Origin: Candidatus Scatovivens sp.
Lineage (GTDB): Bacteria > Bacillota > Clostridia > TANB77 > CAG-508
Length of the DNA stretch: 64,000 bases
Assembly: GCA_045646345.1 (NCBI GenBank)
Contig: JAZRKN010000005.1
Span: 32,001-96,000, forward strand
Direction of reading: 5' to 3'
Shown here one piece after another: positions 19,610 to 30,676 of this stretch (the first letter of the stretch is position 1; each line of letters begins with the position of its first letter). The notes beneath the pieces are model-generated. The model was not told where the DNA came from. It did not search any database and saw only the letters and a program-made list of their open reading frames with translations. Position numbers and translations under genes: made by a program.

Positions 19610-21127
19610 ATGATAAAGAAAAATTTATTTAAATCAGTTCGTGCAAAATTGTTTTTAACTTTATGTATTGTTATTTTAATGATTATTTTCTTTTTTATAG
19701 TAATAAATAATACTGTTTTAGAAACATTGTATTATTATTCAAAAAAAGAAGCTGCTTTAGAAATGTATGAATATGTAAATTCAAATATTCCTAAAGAAAT
19801 TAAAGAAGAAGAAAAAAGTAAATACGATTCTAGTTTAGAAAGATTATCAGTAAATAACAATTTTGAGATTTTAATTGTAGATGGTGAAAATACTGTATAT
19901 GCTACAAATAAAAATTATATATCTGAATTTGGAACAATAAATGAAATTACATACAATATTGATTACAGTATATTTAATAAAACAGATATAATGTATTCAA
20001 AAGACAATTTAAGTATTAGAAAAATTGCTAATAAGAAAAATGGAATTTATTATATTTTAGTAAATTCGATTTTAGAAAATGGAAATGAATTTTATCTAAG
20101 AACTCCTGTTGCTCCAATTCAAGAAAGTGCATCTCTTTCAAATAGATTTATTTATGTATTAGGATTTGCAGCAATTATTATGGGTGGAATCGCTATAATG
20201 TTTATAACAGAAAGATTTACTAAACCAATTGAAGAGTTAAACGAAATTGCTAATGAAATGAGTAAATTAAATTTCAAAAGAAAATATAGAATTAATGACA
20301 ATGAAGATGAAATTGATGAGCTAGGTAAGAGTATAAATACATTATCAGACAAATTAGAAGAAACAATCAATCAATTGAAAATTAATAATTCTGAACTTGA
20401 AAAAGATATTGAAGCAAAATCAAAAATTGATGAAATGAGAAAACAATTTATTTCAGATGTATCACATGAATTAAAAACTCCAATTGCGTTAATTCAAGGA
20501 TATGCAGAAGGATTGGTAGAAAATGTAAATTCAGATGAAGAATCTAAGAAATTCTATGCAGAAGTAATTTTAGATGAAGCTAATAAAATGGATAAATTGG
20601 TAAAACGTTTATTAGAACTTATGAAACTTGAATATGAGGACAGAAAATTTAATGATCAAAAATTCGATTTAGTAGAATTGATTCATTCTGTTGTAAAGAA
20701 TTCAAAAGTGGTTTTATCAGAACAAAAAATTAATGTAGATTTTAATGAGGAAAATCCAATTTATGTTTATGCTGATGATTTCTATATCGAACAAGTTGTT
20801 ACAAATTACTTTACTAATGCAATAAAAAATGCAGAAGAAGTAGAGAAAGTAAAAGAAATAAAAATTACTATCAAAAAGAGTAAAGAGCTAGGAAAATATA
20901 GAGTTTCAGTATTTAATACTGGAAAGAAAATTGATGAAGAAAATTTAAATAGAATTTGGACAAGATTTTATAAAGTTGATTCAGCAAGAACTCGTTCTAA
21001 AGGTGGAACAGGAATTGGGTTAGCTTTAGTAAAAGCTATTATGACAAAATATAATAGTGCTTATGGAGTGAAAAATAAGAAAAATGGTGTTGAATTTTAC
21101 TTCGATATTCAAGAAGCTAAAAGTTAG
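19610..21127 (+). CDS. HAMP sensor histidine kinase
   Basis: 2 TM, HAMP, SHELKTP H-box, GGTGIGL G-box. Confidence 0.96.
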   Translation: MIKKNLFKSVRAKLFLTLCIVILMIIFFFIVINNTVLETLYYYSKKEAALEMYEYVNSNIPKEIKEEEKSKYDSSLERLSVNNNFEILIVDGENTVYATNKNYISEFGTINEITYNIDYSIFNKTDIMYSKDNLSIRKIANKKNGIYYILVNSILENGNEFYLRTPVAPIQESASLSNRFIYVLGFAAIIMGGIAIMFITERFTKPIEELNEIANEMSKLNFKRKYRINDNEDEIDELGKSINTLSDKLEETINQLKINNSELEKDIEAKSKIDEMRKQFISDVSHELKTPIALIQGYAEGLVENVNSDEESKKFYAEVILDEANKMDKLVKRLLELMKLEYEDRKFNDQKFDLVELIHSVVKNSKVVLSEQKINVDFNEENPIYVYADDFYIEQVVTNYFTNAIKNAEEVEKVKEIKITIKKSKELGKYRVSVFNTGKKIDEENLNRIWTRFYKVDSARTRSKGGTGIGLALVKAIMTKYNSAYGVKNKKNGVEFYFDIQEAKS

Positions 21128-21305
21128 AAGAATTCACACAAAAATCACATTTGAAATATTGACTAATAAAAATTAATTTGATAAAATTTAGTTGAAAATA
21201 AATAACGGATATCATAGGAGAGGGGCTGAACTCTAAACAAGTTTTTGTGGTAGGGTTTAGCCCCGATTGATTTGTATAGACATATAATATAGAAAGGAAA
21301 TTTTT

Positions 21306-22046
21306 ATGAAGTTAGGAGTTACAATAATTGCTATACTTACAATTGGATACTTAATATTTTTGTTCAGAGATTATATTATATGGTTTTTTAATGCGGCAAA
21401 AGTTACTTTCTTAAATCAAAAGGGAGTAAAAGATATTCAAAAAAAAGGAATGAATACTAGAAATTTAAAAAATGAAGATATAAAAAAATATATTGAAATA
21501 GCAAAAAAATCACTTGATAAAATAAATGTAGATTACAATAGAAATTTTATATTGAATCAAGAATTAGAAAGACATTTAAGATATTCAAGATTTTCTGAAA
21601 AGTATGTACTTGAATTATTACATGAAATTTTAGAATATATGGGATTAAATAAAGATAATATAATTTTAAAAGTTAATTATATTTCGAGTAAATACTATAT
21701 GCAATATGCTGGAATGTATTCAGAAAAGTTAGAGCATACAGATGATAAACAGATTTTAATAAATATTCAAAATGATATGACAATGGATACTGTGATTTCA
21801 ATACTTGCTCATGAATGTACACATCATTTGTTATTATCAAATAATATTAAAATGAAAGAAAGATTACAAAATGAATGCTTAACAGATATTACAGCTATTA
21901 TTCTTGGATTTGGAAAATTTATGGTAGAAGGCTATAAAATTTCCAATAGAGTAATATATGATGAAGAATTTCATAGAAGTATCAAAAAAGATAGGGTGGG
22001 ATATTTAAGCTATAAAGATGTTAAATATGCAATAAAAAATAGATAA
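21306..22046 (+). CDS. Membrane-anchored HEXXH metallopeptidase-like protein (ImmA/IrrE-like)
   Basis: N-terminal TM; LAHECTHH followed by NE..TD. Confidence 0.6.
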   Translation: MKLGVTIIAILTIGYLIFLFRDYIIWFFNAAKVTFLNQKGVKDIQKKGMNTRNLKNEDIKKYIEIAKKSLDKINVDYNRNFILNQELERHLRYSRFSEKYVLELLHEILEYMGLNKDNIILKVNYISSKYYMQYAGMYSEKLEHTDDKQILINIQNDMTMDTVISILAHECTHHLLLSNNIKMKERLQNECLTDITAIILGFGKFMVEGYKISNRVIYDEEFHRSIKKDRVGYLSYKDVKYAIKNR

Positions 22047-22064
22047 AACGAAAGACCTAGGTTG

Positions 22065-22289
22065 TTACCTAGGTCTTTGTTGTGATACTGTTGGTAGGTT
22101 GATTCGAATTTTTCTTAAAACACGCCATTCGCCTTTTTCTTCTATAATATAGGCTTTAATTTCAGGGTATTTGTCGGTTTTTCGTAATTTTTTTAACCGT
22201 TTGTCAGCATCATCTTGGCTTTTTTCATAAAAAACGCTAGTAAATGTTGTTTCCATGAGTGTTTGCCATCCTTTCGAAATTTTCGACAT
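22065..22289 (-). CDS. Small orphan hypothetical protein
   Basis: ORF directly downstream of TTGCAA-17-TATATT; ends in terminator hairpin GACCTAGGT/ACCTAGGTC; start uncertain. Confidence 0.5.
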   Translation of the reverse strand: MSKISKGWQTLMETTFTSVFYEKSQDDADKRLKKLRKTDKYPEIKAYIIEEKGEWRVLRKIRINLPTVSQQRPR

Positions 22290-22335
22290 AACAATAATAT
22301 AACATAATTTACATAATTTTGCAACTGCGTGCTTT

Positions 22336-23049
22336 TTATTCTATTTCAAGCAAACTTTTTACTTTTTCTATTTCTTCAGGAGTAGGAGAAGGAACATTTT
22401 CTAATTCGTACGGAACTCCGATTTCTTTCCATTTGAATTTTCCTAAACTATGATAAGGTAATAGTTCCACTTTTTCTACATTAGAAAGAGTAGAGATGAA
22501 TTTTTTTAAATCTAATAAATCAAATTTATCATCAGTATAACCAGGAACTATTACTTGTCTAATCCAAACTGGTAAATTTATATTACTTAAATATTTTGCA
22601 AATTCTAATGTGTTTTTGTTTGTATAACCGGTAAGATCTACACATTTTTCTGGATTAATATGTTTAATATCTAATAAAACAAGATCGGTATATTTTAATA
22701 ATTCTTTTATTGGTTCTGAAAGAGGTAGTGCACCTGATGTGTCTAATGCAGTATGGAAACCTAATGATTTTAAATCTTTGAAAAGTTCTGTTATAAACGC
22801 GGTTTGTAATAATGGTTCTCCACCAGAGACTGTGATACCACCACCAGAAGTATCAATATAAGATTTATATTTTGTGATTTCTTTAATTAGTTCTTCTTTA
22901 GAAACTGTTTTACCACCATGTACGTTCCATGTGTCTCTATTATGGCAATATTTACATTTTAGTGTACAGCCTTGCATGAATATAACGAATCTAATTCCAG
23001 GTCCATCAACAGTACCAAATGTTTCTATTGAATGTATTTTTCCGTTCAT
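22336..23049 (-). CDS. pflA: Pyruvate formate-lyase activating enzyme
   Basis: GTVDGPGIR, CTLKCKYCHN radical SAM motif, next to pflB. Confidence 0.97.
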   Translation of the reverse strand: MNGKIHSIETFGTVDGPGIRFVIFMQGCTLKCKYCHNRDTWNVHGGKTVSKEELIKEITKYKSYIDTSGGGITVSGGEPLLQTAFITELFKDLKSLGFHTALDTSGALPLSEPIKELLKYTDLVLLDIKHINPEKCVDLTGYTNKNTLEFAKYLSNINLPVWIRQVIVPGYTDDKFDLLDLKKFISTLSNVEKVELLPYHSLGKFKWKEIGVPYELENVPSPTPEEIEKVKSLLEIE

Positions 23050-23152
23050 AAATAAGTCTCCTTGTCTATATATTAATCCTTACAATTACATTATAAAAAA
23101 AGAATTAAAAAAAGGCAAACATTTTTGTTTGCCTTTTAAAAATCTATTTTAA

Positions 23153-25387
23153 TTAGATACTTTCATGAATAGTTCTATTGATAACATCTAATTGTTGTTC
23201 TCTTGTTAGTTTTACAAAGTTAACTGCATATCCTGAAACTCTGATTGTTAATTGAGGATATTTTTCTGGATGTTCCATTGCATCTTCAAGTAATGCTTTG
23301 TCAAATACGTTAACATTAATGTGATGACTGAATTTTGAGAAGTATCCATCAAGTAATGCTGTTAAGTTTGTAATTCTAGATTTTTCGTCTTTTCCTAAAG
23401 CTTTAGGAACTACGGCAAAAGTATATGAAATTCCATCTTCTGCGTGTTTATATGGTAATTTAGTCATAGTATTAAGTACTGCTAAAGCACCATGTGTATC
23501 TCTTCCGTGAATTGGGTTTGCACCAGGACCAAAAGGTTGACCAGCTTGTCTTCCGTCTGGAGTTGTTCCAGTTGCTTTTCCATAAACAACATTTGATGTG
23601 ATAGTTAATATTGACATTGTTGGTTTTGAATTTCTATAAGTTGGTTGTTGTTTTAATTTATTCATAAACATTTTTACTATATCAACGGCAATAGAATCAA
23701 CTCTATCATCATCATTTCCATATTTAGGGAAGTCACCTTCAACTTTGTAGTCTACAGCTAATCCTGTAGCATCTCTGATAACTTTTACTTTTGCATATTT
23801 CATTGCTGAGAATGAATCTGCAACAATTGAAAGTCCTGCGATACCACAAGCCATTGTTCTTAATATTTCTTTGTCATGTAATGCCATTTCTAGTTTTTCA
23901 TAACAATATTTGTCATGCATGTAATGGATGATATTTAATGCGTTTATATAAACTCTAGCAACCCAATCACACATATTTTCAAATTTTTCCCAAACATCAT
24001 CATAATCTAAATATTCTGATGTAACTGGTACTGTTTTACTTGTGATTTGTTTTCCAGAGATTTCATCTCTACCACCATTAATTGCATATAATAATGTTTT
24101 TGCAAGGTTTGCTCTAGCACCAAAGAATTGCATTTGTTTACCAATTCTCATAGCAGAAACACAACAAGCTATTCCATAATCGTCACCCCAATATTCTCTC
24201 ATTAAATCGTCATTTTCATATTGGATTGAACTTGTTTTTATAGATAATTTTGAACAATAATTTTTGAATCCTTTTGGTAATTTTGTTGACCAAAGAACTG
24301 TTAAGTTTGGCTCTGGAGCAGGGCCTAATGTTTCTAATGTATGAAGCATTCTAAAGGCGTTTTTTGTAACTAATGTTCTTCCATCAATACCCATACCACC
24401 GATACTTTCAGTAACCCAAACTGGATCTCCACTGAATAATTCATCATATTCTGGTGTTCTTAAGAATCTAACCATTCTTAATTTCATAACAAAGTGATCC
24501 ATTATTTCTTGAGCATCTTCTTCAGTTAAAACTCCTGATTTTAAATCTCTTTCAAAATAAATATCTAAGAAAGTAGCAACTCTACCTAAACTCATAGCTG
24601 CACCATTTTGTTCTTTGATTGCTCCTAAGTAACCAAAATATGTCCATTGAACAGCTTCTTTTGCATTTTTTGCAGGAACTGAAATATCAAATCCATATTT
24701 TTTTGCCATTACTTTTAATTCTTCTAATGCTAATATTTGATCAAAATGTTCTTCTCTTTGTTTAACTAATTCTTCTGTTATAGAAGCGTGAGCTAAACTT
24801 TCTAAATCTTTTTTCTTTTCTTCAATTAAGAAGTCAACACCATAAAGAGCAACTCTTCTATAGTCACCAATGATTCTTCCACGGCCATAACCATCAGGAA
24901 GACCAGTTATTAAGTGTGAGCTTCTAGCAGCTCTTATTTCTGGAGTATAAGCAGTGAAAACACCGTCATTATGTGTTCTTCTATAATTATGATAGATATC
25001 TGCTAAGTTGTCTGCGATTTTTTCATTATAAGCTCCACATGATTTTTCAACAATTCTAATACCACCATTTGGCATAATTGCTCTTTTTAATGGTTCTTCT
25101 GTTTGAAGCCCAACAATTTGTTCTAGATTTTTATCTATAAAACCAGCTTCATGGCTAGAAATTGTAGAAGCAACGTCTGTTGATATAGCTAATACACCAC
25201 CAGCTTCTCTTTCTTTTTTATATAGCTCTAAAACTTCGTCCCAAAGCTTTAATGTTCTTTCTGTAGCTCCAGCTAAGAAAGATGCATCACCTTCATAAGG
25301 TGTGTAGTTCTTTTGAATGAAGTCTCTAACATTTACTTCATTTTCCCAAGAACCAGAATTGAAGTTATTCCATTCTTCAAATCTCAT
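23153..25387 (-). CDS. pflB: Formate C-acetyltransferase (pyruvate formate-lyase)
   Basis: IACCVS active site, IRVSGYAV glycyl radical motif. Confidence 0.98.
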   Translation of the reverse strand: MRFEEWNNFNSGSWENEVNVRDFIQKNYTPYEGDASFLAGATERTLKLWDEVLELYKKEREAGGVLAISTDVASTISSHEAGFIDKNLEQIVGLQTEEPLKRAIMPNGGIRIVEKSCGAYNEKIADNLADIYHNYRRTHNDGVFTAYTPEIRAARSSHLITGLPDGYGRGRIIGDYRRVALYGVDFLIEEKKKDLESLAHASITEELVKQREEHFDQILALEELKVMAKKYGFDISVPAKNAKEAVQWTYFGYLGAIKEQNGAAMSLGRVATFLDIYFERDLKSGVLTEEDAQEIMDHFVMKLRMVRFLRTPEYDELFSGDPVWVTESIGGMGIDGRTLVTKNAFRMLHTLETLGPAPEPNLTVLWSTKLPKGFKNYCSKLSIKTSSIQYENDDLMREYWGDDYGIACCVSAMRIGKQMQFFGARANLAKTLLYAINGGRDEISGKQITSKTVPVTSEYLDYDDVWEKFENMCDWVARVYINALNIIHYMHDKYCYEKLEMALHDKEILRTMACGIAGLSIVADSFSAMKYAKVKVIRDATGLAVDYKVEGDFPKYGNDDDRVDSIAVDIVKMFMNKLKQQPTYRNSKPTMSILTITSNVVYGKATGTTPDGRQAGQPFGPGANPIHGRDTHGALAVLNTMTKLPYKHAEDGISYTFAVVPKALGKDEKSRITNLTALLDGYFSKFSHHINVNVFDKALLEDAMEHPEKYPQLTIRVSGYAVNFVKLTREQQLDVINRTIHESI

Positions 25388-25575
25388 AAGTCCCTCCTTG
25401 TAAATCTATGATATTTTTAACATTTCTGTTAAAGGTTATTCAATCTATTTTTTCCAATTACAAATTCTAACATAATGATGTGTTTTTTTCAATAGGGGGA
25501 AATGTAACTTTTTTGTGATTAATTTGTGTTTCCGAAAAGAAAGCTGAGAAAATAGGAATATTTCCTAAAAAAATA

Positions 25576-25593
25576 TTGTGAAAATTTCTACAA
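25576..25593. promoter_or_regulatory. Possible Rex operator
   Basis: TTGTGAA-AATT-TCTACAA versus consensus TTGTGAA-N4-TTCACAA, in the pflB/maf intergenic region. Confidence 0.4.
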
Positions 25594-25658
25594 TAATTGA
25601 CATGAATTTTTAATAAATATATAATGCTATTGAAGAAAAAAATAAAGAGGTAAAAAGT

Positions 25659-26234
25659 ATGAAAATTATATTAGCGTCACAATCACCAAGAAGAGCTGCA
25701 TTATTAGATCTAGCAAAAGTAGATTTTGAAGTAATGCCAAGTAGTTTTGAAGAAAAAATTAGAAATGGAATGAATATTGAAGAACAAGCCAAAGAACTTG
25801 CATATGGAAAAGCATTAGAAGTTTTTAATAATACACAAGGGGATAGAACAATTATTGGTGCTGATACAATTGTTGTAAAAGATAATAGAGTTTATGGAAA
25901 ACCAAAGGATAGAGCTGATGCAATAAGAATGCTTAAAGAATTACAAGGTGATTATCATGTTGTATATACAAGTTTATCTATATTAATAGAAGATCATGAA
26001 GAATATAAAGAATATAAAGAAATTTCTAAAACATTGATTGAAGTGGCTCCTATGACAGATGACGAAATAAAAGAATATGTAGATTCAGAAGAACCATATG
26101 ATAAAGCAGGAAGTTATGCGATTCAAAGTTATTTTAGTAGATATATTGAAAAAATTGATGGTAATTATATGAGCGTTATTGGACTTCCAATCGATAAAGT
26201 TTATAAAATTTTAAAAGAAAATGAAATAATCTAA
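25659..26234 (+). CDS. maf: Maf nucleotide pyrophosphatase
   Basis: ILASQSPRR, GADTIV, DKAGSYAIQ, VIGLP. Confidence 0.96.
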   Translation: MKIILASQSPRRAALLDLAKVDFEVMPSSFEEKIRNGMNIEEQAKELAYGKALEVFNNTQGDRTIIGADTIVVKDNRVYGKPKDRADAIRMLKELQGDYHVVYTSLSILIEDHEEYKEYKEISKTLIEVAPMTDDEIKEYVDSEEPYDKAGSYAIQSYFSRYIEKIDGNYMSVIGLPIDKVYKILKENEII

Positions 26235-26278
26235 AATAAAAAAAGACTTTTGATATTCAAAAGTCTTTTTTGTTTTTA

Positions 26279-26551
26279 TTAATTTCCCATTTTTGCAAAT
26301 ACAGTAAATTGCAACGCTTTTTTTACAGTACTCCATTCTTCGGTTGGAATATCTGATACATAGATATATTTAGATTTTGTTTGAGTAACTTCGAAGATAT
26401 CTATATTAGCATATCTACTGTTTGCTTCGAATATATCATCATTATTATTTAATGCAACATAATTTTTTCCATTTTCTTGACAAGTGAATGAAAAAATTAA
26501 TTCCATATTTAAAACTTCGCCATTTTCATTTAAAATTTCTATACTTTTCAT
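26279..26551 (-). CDS. DUF1292-like small protein
   Basis: ENGE...F...GKNYVAL...I.TEEW pattern. Confidence 0.55.
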   Translation of the reverse strand: MKSIEILNENGEVLNMELIFSFTCQENGKNYVALNNNDDIFEANSRYANIDIFEVTQTKSKYIYVSDIPTEEWSTVKKALQFTVFAKMGN

Positions 26552-26595
26552 ATTATTAATTTGTTAATAAATAATATTAACTTCTCCTTTGTATT

Positions 26596-26958
26596 TTAAT
26601 TAATAGGTGTTAATGTTTGGAAGAATGGATTTGAAAGAATATCTTCATCAGATATTTTTTCTTCAGCATTTCCTACAGCAGTTTCTGAATTTTTAGATAC
26701 AGTTTCTGCTGGAACTTCTCTATATATTCCTAAAATTTTTCTCATTTTTTCAATAGTTAATACATTCGCTTTATATAAAACTAATGAAGATTTTCGAGGA
26801 ATATAATTAAAATTACCAACTTGTACAGTAACGTTTGAAGTTTTATAAGTTTCAACTAATTTCGAAGTTAAAAGATTTGTATTATAAAAAGCTTTTAAAG
26901 TTTCTAAATCTTGTTTTAATAATACAAGAGATCCTGTACAAGGAAAAACTACTTTCAT
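26596..26958 (-). CDS. Hypothetical protein
   Basis: ORF with GGATGGTG RBS and host-like codon usage. Confidence 0.6.
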   Translation of the reverse strand: MKVVFPCTGSLVLLKQDLETLKAFYNTNLLTSKLVETYKTSNVTVQVGNFNYIPRKSSLVLYKANVLTIEKMRKILGIYREVPAETVSKNSETAVGNAEEKISDEDILSNPFFQTLTPIN

Positions 26959-27100
26959 TTTTAATTCACCATCCTAAGTATAATATATATTTCATCTTAA
27001 CAATAATATGTTTTTTTTTCAATATATTTTTTTATAAATTTGAGTAGAAGGTTAAAAAAATATATGTTATAATGCAAGAAAAAAAAGAAGAGGGAAGAAA

Positions 27101-27598
27101 ATGAAATTAAATATAGTTTTAGTAGAACCAGAAATACCACAAAATACAGGGAATATTGCAAGAACATGTGCTGCAATTGGAGCAAAATTACATTTGGTAT
27201 ATCCACTTGGCTTTTCAATTTCAGAAAGAGAAGTAAAAAGAGCTGGCTTAGATTATTGGGATAAATTGGATATAGAAGAACATACAAGTTTTTCTAAATT
27301 TTTAGAAAAATATAAACCAGAAGAAAATAATATGTTTTTTGTCACAACAAAAGGAAAAAATGTGTATTCTGATGTTGATTATTCAGAAATGGATGAAGTT
27401 TTTTGCTTATTTGGAAAAGAAACAAAAGGATTACCAGAAGATATTTTAAAAGAATATCTAGATAAGACAATAAGAATTCCGATGAGAGAAACACTACGTT
27501 CTTTAAATTTGTCAAATTCGGTTGCTATTGTAGCATATGATATATTTAGACAATGTGACTTTTACAATATGGAAGAGATAAGTTCTTATTTTGAATAA
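27101..27598 (+). CDS. trmL: tRNA (cytidine/uridine-34-2'-O)-methyltransferase
   Basis: PEIPQNTGNIARTC, RAGLDYW, FGKETKGL, RSLNLSNS. Confidence 0.96.
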   Translation: MKLNIVLVEPEIPQNTGNIARTCAAIGAKLHLVYPLGFSISEREVKRAGLDYWDKLDIEEHTSFSKFLEKYKPEENNMFFVTTKGKNVYSDVDYSEMDEVFCLFGKETKGLPEDILKEYLDKTIRIPMRETLRSLNLSNSVAIVAYDIFRQCDFYNMEEISSYFE

Positions 27599-27689
27599 AC
27601 TTTTATTTAAATAAAACTATTTATTTTTTATAGAGTTTAGTATAAAATTAATAAAGAAAAATAACTATTATAATTCAAGGAGGAATTTT

Positions 27690-27923
27690 ATGAAAAAAAT
27701 AATTTCAATAATATCATTAATAGTAGTATTACTAGTATTAGCAGTATTTTTAACAGGATGTACATTAACATTTGAAGCAACTGATAACTCAGTTTCTGCA
27801 ACTGTTGATGGAGAAACAACTGAAAAAGTTGATAATGTAATTGATTGGATAAAAGAAAGAATAGAAAGAGTATTTAATACAGACTCAAATTCAGAATCAG
27901 CTTCTGGTTCAGAAGTAGTTTAA
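27690..27923 (+). CDS. Small lipoprotein
   Basis: Signal peptide with LTGC lipobox, AAGGAGG RBS. Confidence 0.7.
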   Translation: MKKIISIISLIVVLLVLAVFLTGCTLTFEATDNSVSATVDGETTEKVDNVIDWIKERIERVFNTDSNSESASGSEVV

Positions 27924-27937
27924 TTTTGGGAGGCAAT

Positions 27938-28747
27938 ATGAGAAAAAATATTTCGATTATACTAGTAGTATTAATGAGTGTATTATTTGTTTTTACTGGA
28001 TGCAGTGAAACTGATAATACAACTACAACATCATCTTCAAATAATATAAACACTACTCAAACAAATACAGTAGATGAAGCAGAAATTGAAGAGGGAGAAA
28101 AAATTCTAAACGAATTTGATTATAAAACTGCTGCAGATAAGCAAATGGCAATGCCACAAGATGGAGAAACAGTTGCTACTATAAAAGTAAAAGGTTATGG
28201 AGATATTAAAGTTAAATTCTTTCCGGAAATAGCACCTAAAGCAGTAGAAAATTTTACTACACATGCAAAAAATGGTTATTATAACGGAGTAACATTCCAT
28301 AGAGTAATAGATGAATTTATGATTCAAGGTGGAGACCCAGAAGGAACAGGTATGGGAGGAGAAAGTATTTGGGGAACAGGATTTGGCCCAGAACTTGCTC
28401 TTGAATTAGTTCCGTATAGAGGATCTCTATGTATGGCTATGTCAAGTTTGCCAAATAGTATTGGTAGTCAATTTTTTATAACACAAGCTAATTATTCTGA
28501 TTATATTAACTCATATTATAAAAGTTCAGGTTTTCCAGCTGGATTGTTAGAACAATATAAAATTCATGGTGGATATATAGGTTTATATTTACAATATACT
28601 GTTTTTGGACAAGTATACGAAGGAATGGATGTAGTTGATAGAATTGCTAAAGTAACAACTTATTCAGAAGAAGAGGGACAAGCAGACAAACCTAAAAAAG
28701 ATGTAATTATAGAAAAAATAGAAGTTACAACTTATAAAGGAAAATAA
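27938..28747 (+). CDS. Cyclophilin-type peptidyl-prolyl isomerase, lipoprotein
   Basis: FTGC lipobox; APKAVENF, FHRVIDEFMIQGGDP, GSQFFI, YTVFGQV. Confidence 0.95.
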   Translation: MRKNISIILVVLMSVLFVFTGCSETDNTTTTSSSNNINTTQTNTVDEAEIEEGEKILNEFDYKTAADKQMAMPQDGETVATIKVKGYGDIKVKFFPEIAPKAVENFTTHAKNGYYNGVTFHRVIDEFMIQGGDPEGTGMGGESIWGTGFGPELALELVPYRGSLCMAMSSLPNSIGSQFFITQANYSDYINSYYKSSGFPAGLLEQYKIHGGYIGLYLQYTVFGQVYEGMDVVDRIAKVTTYSEEEGQADKPKKDVIIEKIEVTTYKGK

Positions 28748-28812
28748 ATTTAAAATGGATACTTTTAAAAAAGAGTATCCATTTTTTAGGAATTGGGTAA
28801 AGGAGAAATAAA

Positions 28813-30072
28813 ATGTATAAAGAATTTGGAATAAGAGATGAAATTATTAATGTTTCAAACGAAGTAGAAAAAGAATTAGAGCCAATATTTGCAGAATATG
28901 AAAAAAATTGCTTGAATTCTAGTATGAAAGTTTTAAAAGCGTTTCAAGATAATAGAGTATCAACAACTGATTTTAATGAAGTGACAGGATATGGATATTA
29001 TGATGGAGGAAGAGAAAAATTAGAAAAAATTTATGCTCAAATATTTGGAGCTGAAGATGCTTTAGTTAGACCTCAAATAATGTCAGGAACACATGCTTTA
29101 ACAATAACATTGTTTGGTTTATTAAAATATGGAGATACTATGATTAGTATTTCAGGAGAACCATACGATACTTTAAAAAGCGTTATAGGACTTTCTGGAA
29201 ATAGCGAAAATTCTTTAATAAAACACGGAATTAAATATGAACAAATTGAATTAGTTGATAATGATTTTGATTACGACAAAATCGAAGAGAGAGCAAAACA
29301 AGGAAATATAAAATTAATAGAAATACAACGTTCAAAAGGATATTCTCAAAGAAAAAGTTTGACAATGGATAAAATAGAAAAAGTAATTTCTAGAATAAAA
29401 GCTGTTAACAAAGATGTAATAGTGATGGTAGATAATTGCTATGGAGAATTTGTAGAAGATAAAGAACCAACACAAGTTGGTGCTGATATTTTTATCAGTT
29501 CATTAATGAAAAACTTAGGTGCAGGTATTGCAACAAGTGGTGGATATGTTGTTGGAAGAAAAGATCTTGTTCATCAAGTTGCAGAAAGACTAACTGCGCC
29601 TTGCATAGGAAAAGATTTAGGTGCTAACTTTAACCAATTATTAGCTTATTATAAAGGAATATTTATGGCTCCATCTGTTGTAAAATCAGTACTAAAAACA
29701 ATGACTTATGCGAGCAGAATGTTAGAAAAATATGGTTTCGAAGGCGTTAGCCCAAGATATGATGAAAAAAGAACTGATATTATTCAAACAATTGAATTGA
29801 AAACAGCAGAAAAATTAATAAAATTTTGTCAAGGAGTACAAAAAGGGTCACCGATTGAATCTTATGTAATACCTGTACCCGATGACATGCCGGGATATGA
29901 ACATAAAGAAATTATGGCTGGAGGAAGTTTTACACCAGGAGCAACTATTGAATTAAGTTGCGATGGTCCTGTATGTGAACCATATACAGCATACATGCAA
30001 GGCGGATTAACTTACGAGTACGGCAAACTTGGGATTATGATGGCTATCGAAAGTATGCTTTCAGAAGAATAA
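28813..30072 (+). CDS. Methionine gamma-lyase family / aluminium resistance protein (YnbB-like)
   Basis: SGTHAL, VDNCYGEFVE, PLP lysine region SLMKNLG, TIELSCDGP. Confidence 0.9.
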   Translation: MYKEFGIRDEIINVSNEVEKELEPIFAEYEKNCLNSSMKVLKAFQDNRVSTTDFNEVTGYGYYDGGREKLEKIYAQIFGAEDALVRPQIMSGTHALTITLFGLLKYGDTMISISGEPYDTLKSVIGLSGNSENSLIKHGIKYEQIELVDNDFDYDKIEERAKQGNIKLIEIQRSKGYSQRKSLTMDKIEKVISRIKAVNKDVIVMVDNCYGEFVEDKEPTQVGADIFISSLMKNLGAGIATSGGYVVGRKDLVHQVAERLTAPCIGKDLGANFNQLLAYYKGIFMAPSVVKSVLKTMTYASRMLEKYGFEGVSPRYDEKRTDIIQTIELKTAEKLIKFCQGVQKGSPIESYVIPVPDDMPGYEHKEIMAGGSFTPGATIELSCDGPVCEPYTAYMQGGLTYEYGKLGIMMAIESMLSEE

Positions 30073-30252
30073 AATTGGTTTGACAAAAAATAATATTAAG
30101 ATTAAAATTATTATGAATATTTTACAATCAAAGTGTTATCAAAAAAATTGATAAATTTGGTAATTTTAGGTTGATATTTTCTACAATATATAGTATTATA
30201 TTATATGTATAATATTGGAAAAAATTAGCCTAAAGGGGGTTTTTTATAAATT

Positions 30253-30672
30253 ATGGTAAAGAAAATATCAATGGTTGTAATAATTTTTGCAATGCTAGTT
30301 GGAGTGTTAACAATTTTTTCTTGTAGCGCTTATGCTGTTACGGGAGAACAAGTTTTAAACTCTACACAAGCAACAGAATTAGTAGAAATTAAAGAAACAA
30401 CAAAAGGAAAATTAGCTGAATATATTGAAAAATATGGCTCAACACCATTTGGAGTAGCAGCTTACGTTTTAAATGTCGTAAGAATTTATAGTATTCCATT
30501 TTGTTTTGTTGGTATTGCCTTAGGTTCAATATTTCAATATGTATTAGGTATTAGAAAATTGGACGTTAGAGATAGAGGTTTTATGCTTATTATCACTTTC
30601 GTAACAATTTTATTAATATGCCAAGTATTACCATTAATATTTGCTATAGTAGTAAATGGTTGGAGGGGTTAA
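30253..30672 (+). CDS. Small membrane protein, signal peptide plus two TM (TrbC/VirB2 pilin-like topology)
   Basis: AYA signal cleavage site; two hydrophobic helices separated by a short basic loop; pilin similarity is by topology only. Confidence 0.55.
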   Translation: MVKKISMVVIIFAMLVGVLTIFSCSAYAVTGEQVLNSTQATELVEIKETTKGKLAEYIEKYGSTPFGVAAYVLNVVRIYSIPFCFVGIALGSIFQYVLGIRKLDVRDRGFMLIITFVTILLICQVLPLIFAIVVNGWRG

Positions 30673-30676
30673 ACAA

